Assembly: GCF_006345805.1 (NCBI RefSeq)
Contig: NC_042997.1
Location: 24,676,001 to 24,740,000, forward strand
DNA length: 64,000 nt
Origin: Octopus sinensis
Lineage: Eukaryota
Direction of reading: 5' to 3'
Made by a program: the position numbers and the translations under genes. Shown here piece after piece: positions 1 through 10,714 of this stretch. Position 1 is the stretch's first letter. Each line of letters opens with the position of its first letter. The notes under the pieces are model-generated. The model saw only the letters and a list, made by a program, of their open reading frames with translations, was not told where the DNA came from and did no database searches.

Positions 1-120
1 GGGAACTGTTGGTTATGTATCATATAATGCTGAAAGAAACCTTATCTGATGCTGAAAAAAAAAAAGATAAAAAAGAAAAAATGAAAAAAATTAGGTCTGC
101 AGTCATCGATATAAACTGGG

Positions 121-300
121 TGGATTTCTTGCAAACAACTTGCAAATGCAAGTGCTACCAGTTAAAAGCTTTGTATATCGGAAGCTAGCAAGTGTATGGG
201 GTCATCAGGAGAGAATGCGCGCCGTTTCGGGGCCTACCTCTCGACGGCATCAATATGCACCGGCCTCCCTTACTGATTTGAGGCCCCGCTTGCTAGATCA
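121..300 (-). other. 180-bp structured dispersed element, copy 1 (hammerhead-like core on minus strand; TG..CA ends)
   Basis: Near-identical copy with the same boundaries and length at 58673-58852; minus strand has CTGATGA, GAAAC and GTC with complementary flanks; GC-rich relative to surroundings. Confidence 0.75.
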
Positions 301-919
301 GCTGGTTATGAATAACTCAATATACTTCTAGCCATCGCTCATAGTCTCTTTTTAACCCAATCCAGTGGAATTTAATACATATAGAGGAATTTAATACATA
401 TATATATACAAAGAACTTATATGAACAAATGACGTATTCCATTGTTCTGATCATTTCCAAACGATAGGAAACGGTGATATTTTTTAGTTGGTATCTACAT
501 ATTGCATACGCACAAACATATATATGTAAATGTATATATATATATCTTAATGGCGAAATGTCAAAAAAATTAGATGATGAGAAATATTAAGAAACAAGCC
601 AGAATTCGTGTACCATACTTTACTTTAGGACAAACAAGGAATAACTGCATCATTTATGACAATATACAATGGGTTTACAACGGAGTATTGCAGAATTCCT
701 ATGCAAACAGCATCAATTGCCTAATATATCATGGAAAGAACTCAAATAAAAACTGCAAAACTTACAGATGCTGTCTAAAATGGTTGTGCAGGTTACCATT
801 ATGTTTTTCTTTTTCTTCAGTGTAACATGGAATGTGTATGTGTGTGTGTGTGTATGCAAGTATGTTCGTCTATATGTATGTGTTTATACATTTGTATGTA
901 TATACATGAACATGTATGC

Positions 920-940
920 ACACACATGTATATATATATG

Positions 941-974
<34 letters not shown>

Positions 975-1087
975 ATATATATATATACATGAATGCATAT
1001 ATATACATTCATATATATATACATTACGAAAATTTTTTTTATATATACATACATGTATATGTTACATAATATAATATTATATTATAT

Positions 1088-1140
<53 letters not shown>
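920..1140. repeat. (TA)n microsatellite cluster
   Basis: Direct reading; one of many (TA)n, (CA)n, (TATG)n and (GA)n tracts in the window. Confidence 0.95.
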
Positions 1141-1142
<2 letters not shown>

Positions 1143-1318
1143 TTTTTTGCCTATCCATAAATTATCTTTTCATCTGAAATTTAAAATCGAGATATGTTAC
1201 CTGCAATAATGGCGTCCGCATTGAAAAAGTTCTGAAGTTTCCAATGAACTCTACTGAAAAATCCGTATTTTAAATTTTTTTCAGAAATTTTGAAAGATAA
1301 TTTATGGATACTTTGTAT

Positions 1319-1356
<38 letters not shown>

Positions 1357-3192
1357 ACATGTATATATGTAGGCAATTTAATTGATCTAGGAATCAGTTG
1401 ATATTAATTCCAAAGAAGATGTAACACCTGTTAAAACTAGTGTTGATTTTTAACATAGTCATCTACAGAGCAATGAATGAAAGCACTTACCACAAGGGAT
1501 TTTTAATCCGGGCTAGTGTGGTACTAATTTATACAATATCAAATAACCAGTAGACTAAGTACTCCACGCGTTACCTCTTTCACTATAACCAATATGAAGC
1601 AATAAAGCTTTTGTAACGTTCTGATCCGATAACTCTTCTTGAATATATAAATAGTATTTAAATCAAAGACGACCAGCCTACCATGAAGTAAAGAGAGGTC
1701 CTTTATCCCTATGTCCACTTAGTGTCACACATATACATTCCTTAGCAAAATATGACACTAATCTTTACTGTTTATAGTTTTGTGTTTCCACTACAGACAT
1801 AGCAAGAGTTTCAAGTACTTGTGTACAGCTCTTCCTCTCCTTATGATACTTAAGACTTTGAAGATTATTTCTTATCAGATACACACACATAAAGACACAC
1901 ATACAAATATATAAACATACAGTAAAGCATCTATACAAATTGCCGCATGTATACACACGCAATTGGTACGCCTAATACGTTGTTCTATTTGATATCGTGA
2001 AATATTCTTGTGTGTATTTGTAGAATTCCTGTTATTGTAAGCATTCAAACCAATCTTTGACTATCTCCCTTCATAACTGTCCCGTAAACTCTAACCTTCA
2101 AATGCTTAGGCTGTGAATCCTAGAATAGAGGAAAGCCATTTCTCTGCTAACTTACTCGTGAAAACACACGCATGAATATGAACACCATTGGACAAATATA
2201 CATTAAACGATATACATGATTATTAATTTTACTTTCCTTAAATAAGCGAATCAGCGTGCTTGATATTTCCAGATTATCCTAGATTGGTAATGTCAATACA
2301 ATTGATATTCTTCGTAAATTCCTGTAAATTGATAAATACAAGTTTGAGGATGAGTTGTAATTCGGAGACAGAACTTAGCACTCTCAGCCCAGGACTCACG
2401 GCGTCTAACTTTACCGTCCACTAAATCACCTGAGCAACAAATAGCTAGTTGCATATCGTTATTCCAAAGTAACGATTTTGTACGTATTTTGTTCTTTACC
2501 GATTTACCGGGAATCCGGCAGAGATTACGTTTGAAGTATTCCTACTACAGCGAGAACACGGCGTGACCGGGTTCACAAACTAAGCATTAGAATTTTTTCA
2601 TTATTTTCACGTTTACGCCGGGCAACAAAGTGAAAGGAGTCTTCAATTCGTTGATCCCAATGATGTAAGGTTAGATGCAAAACAATAGCGAAAGATAAGG
2701 GTTTTCTTCTCAAGGAATTAGCGTGCCATGCATGACACTTGAGGCAAACTTTCTTAACCTATAAGAGGTTTAACTAACTTCATTTCTACAAAATATATGA
2801 ACTGGACGCCAATTCTTTGAATTGAAGAATTTTCGTTGACGAAGATAGGTTTTCCTTCTCACTTTGTTGAACGGTTTTATAGTCACAGAAGACGAAAAAT
2901 TGTCAAAATGTTTAATGCAGACTTCATAGGTTGAGTCAAAATACAGAAGTTCTACGATATAATGTTGAGGCTATTGTTTAACGACGGTGTATAACAGACG
3001 AGAATCTAGAAGATCAAGGCAGAACGGGGAGAGCAAGACTCATTACCTGGAGCATGTCGGAAGTGAGACATTATCAGTCAACCAGTACATATTTGTAGTA
3101 TGTATTTTTGCTTAGAAAGATGTTGATTGACCCCATGGTAGTCCTGAACGTTTAAGATTTGAACCGATCCTTCCATATATACTGTACCTTGT

Positions 3193-3582
3193 CGGATCGG
3201 AAGCACTCCGTCGGTTACGACGATGAGGGTTCCGGTTGATCCGAATCAACAGAACAGCCTGCTCGTGAAATTAACGTGTAAGTGGCTGAGCACTCCAGAG
3301 ACACGTGTACCCTTAACGTAGTTCTCGGGGATATTCAGCGTGACACAGAGAGTGACAAGGCCGGCCCTTTGAAATACAGGTACAACAGAAACAGGAAGTA
3401 AGAGTGAGAGAAAGTTGTGGTGAAAGAGTACAGCAGGGATCACCACCATCCCCTGCCGGAGTCTCGTGGAGCTTTAGGTGTGTTCGCTCAATAAACACGC
3501 ACAACGCCCGGTCTGGGAATCGAAACCGCGATCCTATGACCGCGAGTTCGCTGCTCTAACCACTGGGCCATTGCGCCTCCAC
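3193..3582 (-). mobile_element. SINE family C (tRNA-derived head GGAGGCGCAATGG..., tail ...CGTCGTAACCGACGGAGTGC), full length
   Basis: A/B-box-like head; homologous copies at 25938, 40866, 56931; 12-bp TSD ACTGTACCTTGT at 3181-3192 and 3583-3594. Confidence 0.9.
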
Positions 3583-3857
3583 ACTGTACCTTGTACCGCA
3601 TTATCCAATGTGTACTTTTGATCGGAGAGTGGTTTTTCAAGGGGATTTTGCTGTTAATTATAACAGCTTTAGCAACTTCGCACAAGTCTTTTGTATGGCT
3701 CATTCTTTCTATGTGAGAACTTCGATATGTATAATCAACGTTATCTTTTCCTCGCATTAGTTTACTCAGTGACCCACGTTAACACACATTTGTATGAATA
3801 TGTGTGCATGTACGAGGATGTATCAGTGTAAATATATGTATATACGCGTATCAGTGT

Positions 3858-3948
3858 ATGGATGGATGGATGGATGGATGGATGGATGGATGGAAGGATG
3901 GATGGATGGATGGATGGATGGATGGATGAATGGATGGATGGATGGATG
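3858..3948. repeat. (GGAT)n tetranucleotide microsatellite
   Basis: Direct reading. Confidence 0.95.
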
Positions 3949-3959
3949 GAATATCCGAT

Positions 3960-4190
3960 CGCCCGGTTAAACAATTGGGAGTGAAGGAGTCCTAGCCTTT
4001 GTTAGGGCATCCTTCTAAGAGAAGGTAACTCAGGTAACTGGGATAACTCCAACATAAAACCTGCGGCTCAGTGGTTACCGATGATGTTGACTTGTTCTTC
4101 TTTTCTGATAATGGCTGCTGTTGCTTCGTGAGTGGGATTGACTCAGTGCAACAGCCTTTCCTCACTTTAAAAAAATCTTCTTGCGCAGCC
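3960..4190 (+). mobile_element. Possible degenerate RTE-like LINE 5' UTR fragment
   Basis: GGGCATCCTTCTAAGAGAAGGTAACTC hairpin resembles RTE 5' UTR motifs from memory; no coding support. Confidence 0.3.
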
Positions 4191-4505
4191 ACCATGTATG
4201 TATGTATGTATGTATGTATGTATGTATGTATGTATGTATGTATGTATGTATCTATGCATGTATGGATGCATGCATGTATAAATGTATGTATGCATTTCTG
4301 TGTGTATTGGTTAGAGAGGAAAGCAAGATTACTGAATGCATGACGTATTTATTAGGAATCAATTTATGATTCACTCCGTTGTCATCCAGGGTTTTGTGAT
4401 CAAGTGCTCGATCAGGTAACTCTGAGTTGGCCTCAGTTTATTTACTTCTTTCGAAAATCAAAAAGCCTATGTTTCAATGAAACATCGAAAATAAAACTAC
4501 TCTAT

Positions 4506-4691
4506 AGGCGCAGAGATGGGTGTATGGTACGAATATAGTTTCCCAACCACATGGCTCTAGGTTCAGTCCCACTGCATAGCACGTTGGACAACGGTCTTCT
4601 ACTATAGCCACGGGAGGCCAAAGACTTGTGAGTGGATTTGTTACAAGGAAAATGAAAGAAGCCCATCGTAAATATATATATATTATATATA

Positions 4692-4729
<38 letters not shown>

Positions 4730-5380
4730 TATATATAATATATATATATATATATAAATGTGTGTGTATGTGTGTATATGTGCATGTGTGTGTGTGCCTG
4801 TCTGTGTCTTTGTGTCTGCTTTTGTCCCCACCACCACCACTTGACAACCGGTCTTGGTGTGTTTACTTCACCGTGAGTTAGCAGTTCGGCACAAGTGACC
4901 GATAGAATAATTACCAGGCTACAAAAACTATATGAGTACTGGCGTTGATTCGATAAAAAAAAAACGTCGCCCTTTTCAAGCCTAGCCAGGCTCATGGACC
5001 CGGTTTCCCGGTTTCTGTGGCGTATGTGTTCCACTTCCACTCGCCAGCTGGACGGGACACCAGTCAGTTACAGCGTTACTCAAAAAACAAGAAGAGAGAG
5101 AGAGAGAGAGTGAGAGAAAGTCGTGGCGAAAGAGTACAACAGGGGTCGCCACCCCCACCCCCTGCCGGAGCCTCGTGGAGCTTTTAGGTGTTTTCACTTA
5201 ATGAACACACACACAACGCCCGGTCTGGGAATCGAAACCGCGATCCTCCGACCGCGAGTCCGCTGCCCTAACCACTGGGCCATTGCGCCTCCACCCGACT
5301 TGATTCATTCGACTAAAATTCTTGAACGCGCTGCCTCAGCATGGTCGCAACCTAATGATATGAAACAAATAAGAGATAAA
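4506..5380 (+). mobile_element. Old SINE family B copy (CORE-like, bipartite) interrupted by SINE D
   Basis: Diverged head at 4506, internal (TA)n(TG)n, second half continues after 5300; TTGATTC duplicated on both sides of the inserted SINE D. Confidence 0.8.
4965..5296 (-). mobile_element. SINE family D (family C head plus V-domain-like tail GACTGGTGTCCCGTCCAG...GGAAACCGGG)
   Basis: Head matches family C; tail differs and matches the copy at 7905. Confidence 0.85.
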
Positions 5381-5426
5381 CGATATAATATTCGAAGATG
5401 AGCTGGCGGCGAGCTGGCAGAAACGT

Positions 5427-7078
5427 CGGTTGTGTTTTTGACGTCGGTTGTGTTTTTTTACGCTCGTAAAATTCGGTAAAAAAGAACAAAAAGAATTGTT
5501 GTTGTTGTAGATATTTTGAACGTCGTTGATGCGGTTTCGCGTTTCGCTGGTTCTGCGCGTTACACTTTTTCTGTTCGGGAAGCCGTTTTCGGTCTGTCAG
5601 ACAGAAGGAAATGGACTATGAGTCCCTATCAGACTTGTCCACGACTGATGAGGAACTGGAACAGGCAGTGAGAATGAAGCTGGGTTATACCTATGCCGGA
5701 GTGACCAAGAAGGCGGAAGAGAAAGGGGTGGACTTGGCCAAGCTGCCAAGTTACCAGAAATATATGAAGAAGGACAGCGGTGAGGTCGAACTAGCACCGA
5801 CACCCAGGAGAAAAGAATGGTACGATAAAAGGACCATCATATACAGGGTGTTCGCAAGCGAAAGGAAGAAGATAGAAGTTGTAAACATGGAGTGGATAGA
5901 GGAGGCGCTAAGAAGAACGGAAGAGGAGATTAATTTTCTGACTCGAGGATCAAAGTATGGTACTGTAGTGGTACAGTTTAAAAGTGAGAATGCAGCAAGG
6001 AAGATGGCGGCGAGGGCGGTGAAATCCGAGAAGGTAACACTTTTGCCTACGTATCTAAATAGAAGGATTACACGAGTAAGGGTGGAGGGAGTGCCCCCAA
6101 ACGTTGAGGCCGAGTGGATTGTGGCGGCTGTGATCAGCGGCCACGAGGAGGAAGTGGATATCCTCCATGCCTCGGTTAAGACCGAGGGCTGGAGAGGCGT
6201 AACAGTGGAACTGAACGTGCAGGCAGAGAACGATGTGCTGGTGGACCTGGCGGAAAGCATCAGATTGGGAGACGTGATCATGAGAGTGTGGGTGGAGGGC
6301 AGAGCACCACGTTGTTACAAGTGTGGCCTGAGGGGTCACATAAGACCTTACTGCCCTCCCCCAGTGAAAGAAATGGATTCCGAACCACAGAGAGAGGAGC
6401 AGAAACCAGAGGAGAAGGAGACAGTAGAAGAGGAAGAGAATACACAGGAATGGAAAGAAGCTGGGAAGAAGGGGAAGAGGAGAATAAGAGGAAAAGAAAA
6501 TAACATAGAACACCAATCCACCCCAAAACCACCCATACCCTCTGAGTCCCACCCTATCCCTGCAGACAGTGAACCCACCCTCTCCCCTCCAACAAGAAAA
6601 CAAAAGAAAAAAAATAATACAGACAGACAAGAGATTGAAATCGAACCCAGGCCGAACATTTGTACTATGACAGAACAGAAAGAAGTTAAAAGGCTAATGG
6701 AAGAGTATAAATGGTATGAAGTTGGTGAGACTAGGTATGCTGTGATTGAAAAGAAGAGAATAGATGAGTTTATGGTGAGGTGTGAAAGGGAGAATTGAGA
6801 GGTGAAAGATATAAGAATGAGCGATGAATTCGTGGAAAATATGGAGGAGTATTTCGGAGTAAGAATGGATATGGAAGGTATTCGTATTGGGAATGAACAT
6901 TCAAGTGACGGTGAAAACCAAAGGACAGGTAAGTGATGCTAGCGGAAGGGGCCGTTAGCATTGCTTTCATAATATCATTTTCAAAATTCATTTTTCATTC
7001 TTTGTAATTGTGATGTTCTATGTCCACAATGTTTGTAGTGTCCCCTCTGTGTAAGCCCCTCGTGGGTAATAAAGAAAT
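5427..7078 (+). mobile_element. ORF1-only non-autonomous non-LTR retroposon (Tx1/L1-like, HAL1-like organisation)
   Basis: 9-bp TSD CAGAAACGT (5418-5426, 7079-7087); single gag-like ORF; no EN/RT; last ~40 nt match the SINE A tail. Confidence 0.8.
5611..6798 (+). CDS. Gag-like ORF1 protein, 395 aa (RRM-like region, CX2CX4HX4C zinc knuckle, acidic/basic C-terminus); frame stays open to 6936 after the TGA
   Basis: Non-repetitive ORF with CYKCGLRGHIRPYC knuckle preceded by VWVEGRAPR, as in Tx1/L1-clade ORF1p. Confidence 0.85.
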   Translation: MDYESLSDLSTTDEELEQAVRMKLGYTYAGVTKKAEEKGVDLAKLPSYQKYMKKDSGEVELAPTPRRKEWYDKRTIIYRVFASERKKIEVVNMEWIEEALRRTEEEINFLTRGSKYGTVVVQFKSENAARKMAARAVKSEKVTLLPTYLNRRITRVRVEGVPPNVEAEWIVAAVISGHEEEVDILHASVKTEGWRGVTVELNVQAENDVLVDLAESIRLGDVIMRVWVEGRAPRCYKCGLRGHIRPYCPPPVKEMDSEPQREEQKPEEKETVEEEENTQEWKEAGKKGKRRIRGKENNIEHQSTPKPPIPSESHPIPADSEPTLSPPTRKQKKKNNTDRQEIEIEPRPNICTMTEQKEVKRLMEEYKWYEVGETRYAVIEKKRIDEFMVRCEREN

Positions 7079-7904
7079 CAGAAACGTTAGTACACCGGGC
7101 TAAATGCTTAGCGGTATTTCGTCTGCGTTACGTTGTGAGTTCAAATTCTGCCGAGGTCGACTTTGCCTTTCATCCTTTCGGGGTCGATAAATTAAGTACC
7201 AGTTACGCACTGGGGTCGATGTAATCGACTTAATACCTATGTCTGTCCTTGCTTGTCCCCTCTGTGTTTAGCCCCTTGTGGGTAATAAAGAAATAGATAT
7301 AATATTCGAAGATGAAATAGATATGCTATATCAATATATATTTAGACCCGCAGACAAATAAATATTATAGAAGCGTTTTCCTTTCCTTTGTTTTGTCCGT
7401 TACATTTCTGACGATGAAATTCTCTCGACACACTTAACTTAATTCCGTCTTAACGAAGAATGAATAGAATATAGTTTTAGAAATACGTGGACATTATGTA
7501 AGCCAGATAAAGTTTTAAGTCACGAATGGAAGTCTAATGAGAGTTCGAATTAGCAGATTGATATACAGCAGTGTAAAGTATAAATAATTCATGAATAAAT
7601 GTTAAAGAATACTGTAAAATATCAAACTCAGCATTCGTGAGTTTGCAAGTAATTAAGAAATGATTAATATATTGAGTATAAAGTCAAACGCTAAATCTGG
7701 AAATGCACGAAGTAATAGAGTTTATTTATTGTGCTTTATAAATGATATCGGTGTTGCTTGTAACAGATGTAGTTAAAAAGGAGTTAGAAGGAATTAGCCA
7801 CCGCTGGGATTCGAACGCACTAGTACAAGTTACCAAATGCGTATTAGATCGGAAATTCAGTTCACTTTTCTTGATTTAATTTGTATATCCTAGCACATTT
7901 TGTT

Positions 7905-8188
7905 TGTTCCTTCTCGAGCCACACCTGGCTCATAGAGCCGGTTTCCTGGTTTCCTTGGCGTATTGGTTCCCCACCTGGACGGGACGCCGGTCTGTCGCAG
8001 GTGAGCTGCAAGATGCAGCAGGAAAGAGTGAGAGAAAGTTGTGGCGAAAGAGTCAGCAGAAGTTCGCCAATACCTTCTGTCAGAGCTGCGCGGAGCTTAG
8101 GTGTTTCGCTCATAAACGCACACATCGCCCGGTCTGAGATTCGAACCCGCGATCCCTCGAGCGCGAGTCCGCTGCTCTGACCACTAGG
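7905..8188 (-). mobile_element. SINE family D copy, slightly 5'-truncated
   Basis: Homologous to 4965-5296. Confidence 0.8.
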
Positions 8189-8214
8189 AACTGTGGAACT
8201 GTGAATCTGTTAGG

Positions 8215-10270
8215 GATCACTTCTCAGTTTGTCTACCCATCATTTAATCGCCTTTATTCCTAAATCATGTGGAATATTGGTGTAAAGGCTTACCACACCA
8301 AAACTAAGTAGAAGTGAATTTGTTTCAGTTGTTTTGGGAAGATGGGACAGGAAGTCGATGTCATTCCAGATGAAACTGGGTATGTAGGTACATTGTGGTT
8401 TCAAAACAATGTCGATAAATGCTTAAATAGCTGGACCAGCTATAATAGGTCTAAGTTTTAAGTCTTGGATGTAGTAATTTTATGTACTCACTTCCTTGTT
8501 CTTTTACTGCATGCTGAATATATTTTGATTTATGTATTTTCGGTAAGAATTTGCTGGGTTTTGGCTCGAAACTAGTGATGTAGTCTCTTTCCTTATCGGT
8601 AGTATTTTCAAGCCAGGTTGTTGATCTTCTTCATTATGTGGTGGTCTATATTTGTACGTATTTCACAGTAGAAGGGTGTGTCCTTCAGTTGGTCTTCAAT
8701 CAAATCCTTATAGTATTCTGCATCCATAATAACAAGTGCACCCCCTTTATCTACACCCCCTTTATCTGCACCCCCTTTATCTGCTTGGATAATTATTATT
8801 GGTTGATGGTTTGTATACATTAAAGTCCTGACATTTAGAATTTAAGGTTTTGCCTAACATTAGCATCACGTCTAAGGGGAAATTTTGACAGGATATCAAT
8901 GTATGGGTCAAAATAGTTATTTCTTTCTTTTGGTGGGGTGAAATCTGATTTATTCTTTACTAGGGATTCATTAATCTCATTACTTTTATTAGAGAAGAAT
9001 TCTACAAGTCGTAACTCACGATAGAATCTTTGGATATCCTACTCTAGTTCTTGGTGGTTGACTGTTGGTGTAAGTGTAAATTTCAGCCCTTTTGACAAAA
9101 GTTGAATTTCATCATTGTCAAGATCTCTTTCGGATAAATTTATTATTTTAGGATCTATACGTTTAACTGTTTTTAGTATGTTTCCTCTTGATTTTTTTTC
9201 TTTCTTCGGTGTTTGTTGCCCTGATGTTAAAAATATGGATTTTTCTGTTTATGACTTATGTTACTGATGATGTTTGATGGACTTTGTGTTTTGATTGTGG
9301 TATTTTACTTAGTTTCCTTATGTTTTCCGTCCTGTTTCTGGTATTATGTATATTATTTTTCAAGTTTTTGTAAGTATTCTTTTTAACAACATGGAGGTAT
9401 ACTTCAAGATCTTGATCGGTTTTTTTGCCCAGTTTCTTGTAGGTAATCCCTGTTGAGGTCTTGAAAATGATCTGTTATTTCTACTCCTAATGTTCTGATC
9501 AAAGGAATATCTATTTTGTTTGTGCTTTTTTGTTCGTATTGTGTGCATTAAGGTGCTTGCGTAAAAAAGAGACGGGTTCTGGTCGTAGTTCGTCTTCAAT
9601 TCGCGGTGAAATGTGTGTTCATGTTTCAACGTGTTCTCGCGTATCTTATGTTGGTGAAATTGTCCACTTTTAATGTAATTTCTTACAATTCTAGAGTCTT
9701 TGCCGTAATTGGTAGCATATTTGTCGAGAAATAATTGTTTCTGCTGCCATAACTTTATTGATCTGCTTTCTTCTTTTGAGATATCCCTGATCCATAGTTC
9801 TCGCATTTATTCTGCTATATTGCCAGTCGTTTATTTTGATAGTTCGTCTCCAATTTAACCATCGATAGCTTCGTATTTGGCTTTGTAACGGGATTTTTTT
9901 AGACACAGAATAATGGAGATGTCGATCCTGAATTTTGCCAAAGTAAGCTCCCATTAAAGTTTTGTTTCCTCTTCTGGTTCTCTTACAATTTCTTTAAAAA
10001 GGTACCTCGGAGGAAATATAGGCGCCGGTAAAGAAATCCCTTTCAAATATGTTTCGGCATATTTTTCGCATTTATATGCCTTCCAGAAGTTTTGTTTTCT
10101 TGTGTCAAAAGTTTTTTTTATGTCTGCCACATCAATTTTCTTTTTCGATGTGCTTCCTTTTCCAGGTTTCGTTTATTTCTGACATCCAAGGAAGTTGTTG
10201 TAGGTTTTCTCTTGTAGATTTTATAAAATTTCAGCTAAATTCTTCATTTCAGAGTTTATGAGTTCATTTA
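8215..10270 (-). pseudogene. Degenerate Penelope-like element: N-terminal extension and RT N-terminal half
   Basis: Translations IIIQADKGG...ALVIMDAEYY (8608-8820) and SFGVVSLYTNIPHDLGIKAI (~8250-8310) match PLE RT motifs; many stops and frameshifts; catalytic D appears as G. Confidence 0.85.
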
Positions 10271-10433
10271 CATATGTTTCGTCTGTAGACTGTTTTCTAC
10301 TTCTTTTAAAACAGAGGATTGTGTGCCAACAATCATCGTGATGAGGACTGACAATTTCGATGAAGTTTCCACTGGAATTCTTTCTCATCCTGTTAATTCT
10401 GTTTGCTGCTTTTTAGACATATATATTCTTTCC

Positions 10434-10466
<33 letters not shown>

Positions 10467-10503
10467 TATTTATATATATATATATTATATATATATACAT
10501 ACA

Positions 10504-10538
<35 letters not shown>

Positions 10539-10549
10539 GTGTGTGTGTG

Positions 10550-10675
10550 TGTGTCCCTATGTATGGCTTTGTGCCTGTGTTTGTCCCCCACCACAACTTG
10601 ACACTTCGTTGATGTCTTTACGCCCCCGTAACTTAGTGGTATTACATAAGAGTCCGATAGAAAAAGTACTTGGCT

Positions 10676-10676
<1 letters not shown>
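10550..10676 (+). mobile_element. Second half of an old SINE B, ending at (TAA)n
   Basis: TGTTTGTCCCCC...TTGACA...GTAACTTAG...CCGATAGAAAAAGTAC matches family B. Confidence 0.7.

Positions 10677-10712
<36 letters not shown>

Positions 10713-10714
<2 letters not shown>

Larger units (their letters stand above)
5405..7296 (+). mobile_element. SINE family A (head GGCGGCGAGCTGGCAGAAACG, Meta-like central domain) split by the ORF1-only element
   Basis: Head 5405-5426 resumes at 7079-7296; outer 20-bp TSD GATATAATATTCGAAGATGA near 5383 and 7297. Confidence 0.9.

Noticed and set aside
245-257. CGGCATCAATATG, as I recall from SRP (7SL) RNA
   Set aside because: No other SRP similarity, and the 13-mer is not conserved in copy 2.
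229-287. HDV-like ribozyme reading of the 180-bp element (7-bp GGGGCCU/AGGCCCC as P1)
   Set aside because: No acceptable L3, P1.1 or J4/2 with catalytic C on either strand; twister, pistol and hatchet patterns also did not fit.
140-331. 63-aa ORF over the 180-bp element
   Set aside because: Short, crosses the element boundary, and has no recognisable domain.
768-1069. Many 60-175 aa ORFs rich in YI, CV, HT, MYVC or LS runs here and throughout the window
   Set aside because: They are translations of (TA)n, (TG)n, (TATG)n and (CT)n microsatellites, which lack stops.
5751-6659. Antisense ORFs overlapping ORF1
   Set aside because: Shadow frames of a purine-rich sense ORF; no motifs.
7405-7440. 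Further CTGANGA hammerhead-like motifs (7409, 11545, 39326, 42785, 19775, 52737)
   Set aside because: GAAA or the stems are missing; possibly decayed PLE motifs but not supportable individually.
7800-7860. B-box-like GTTCGAATCC on the minus strand
   Set aside because: No A box or cloverleaf; probably a SINE head relic.
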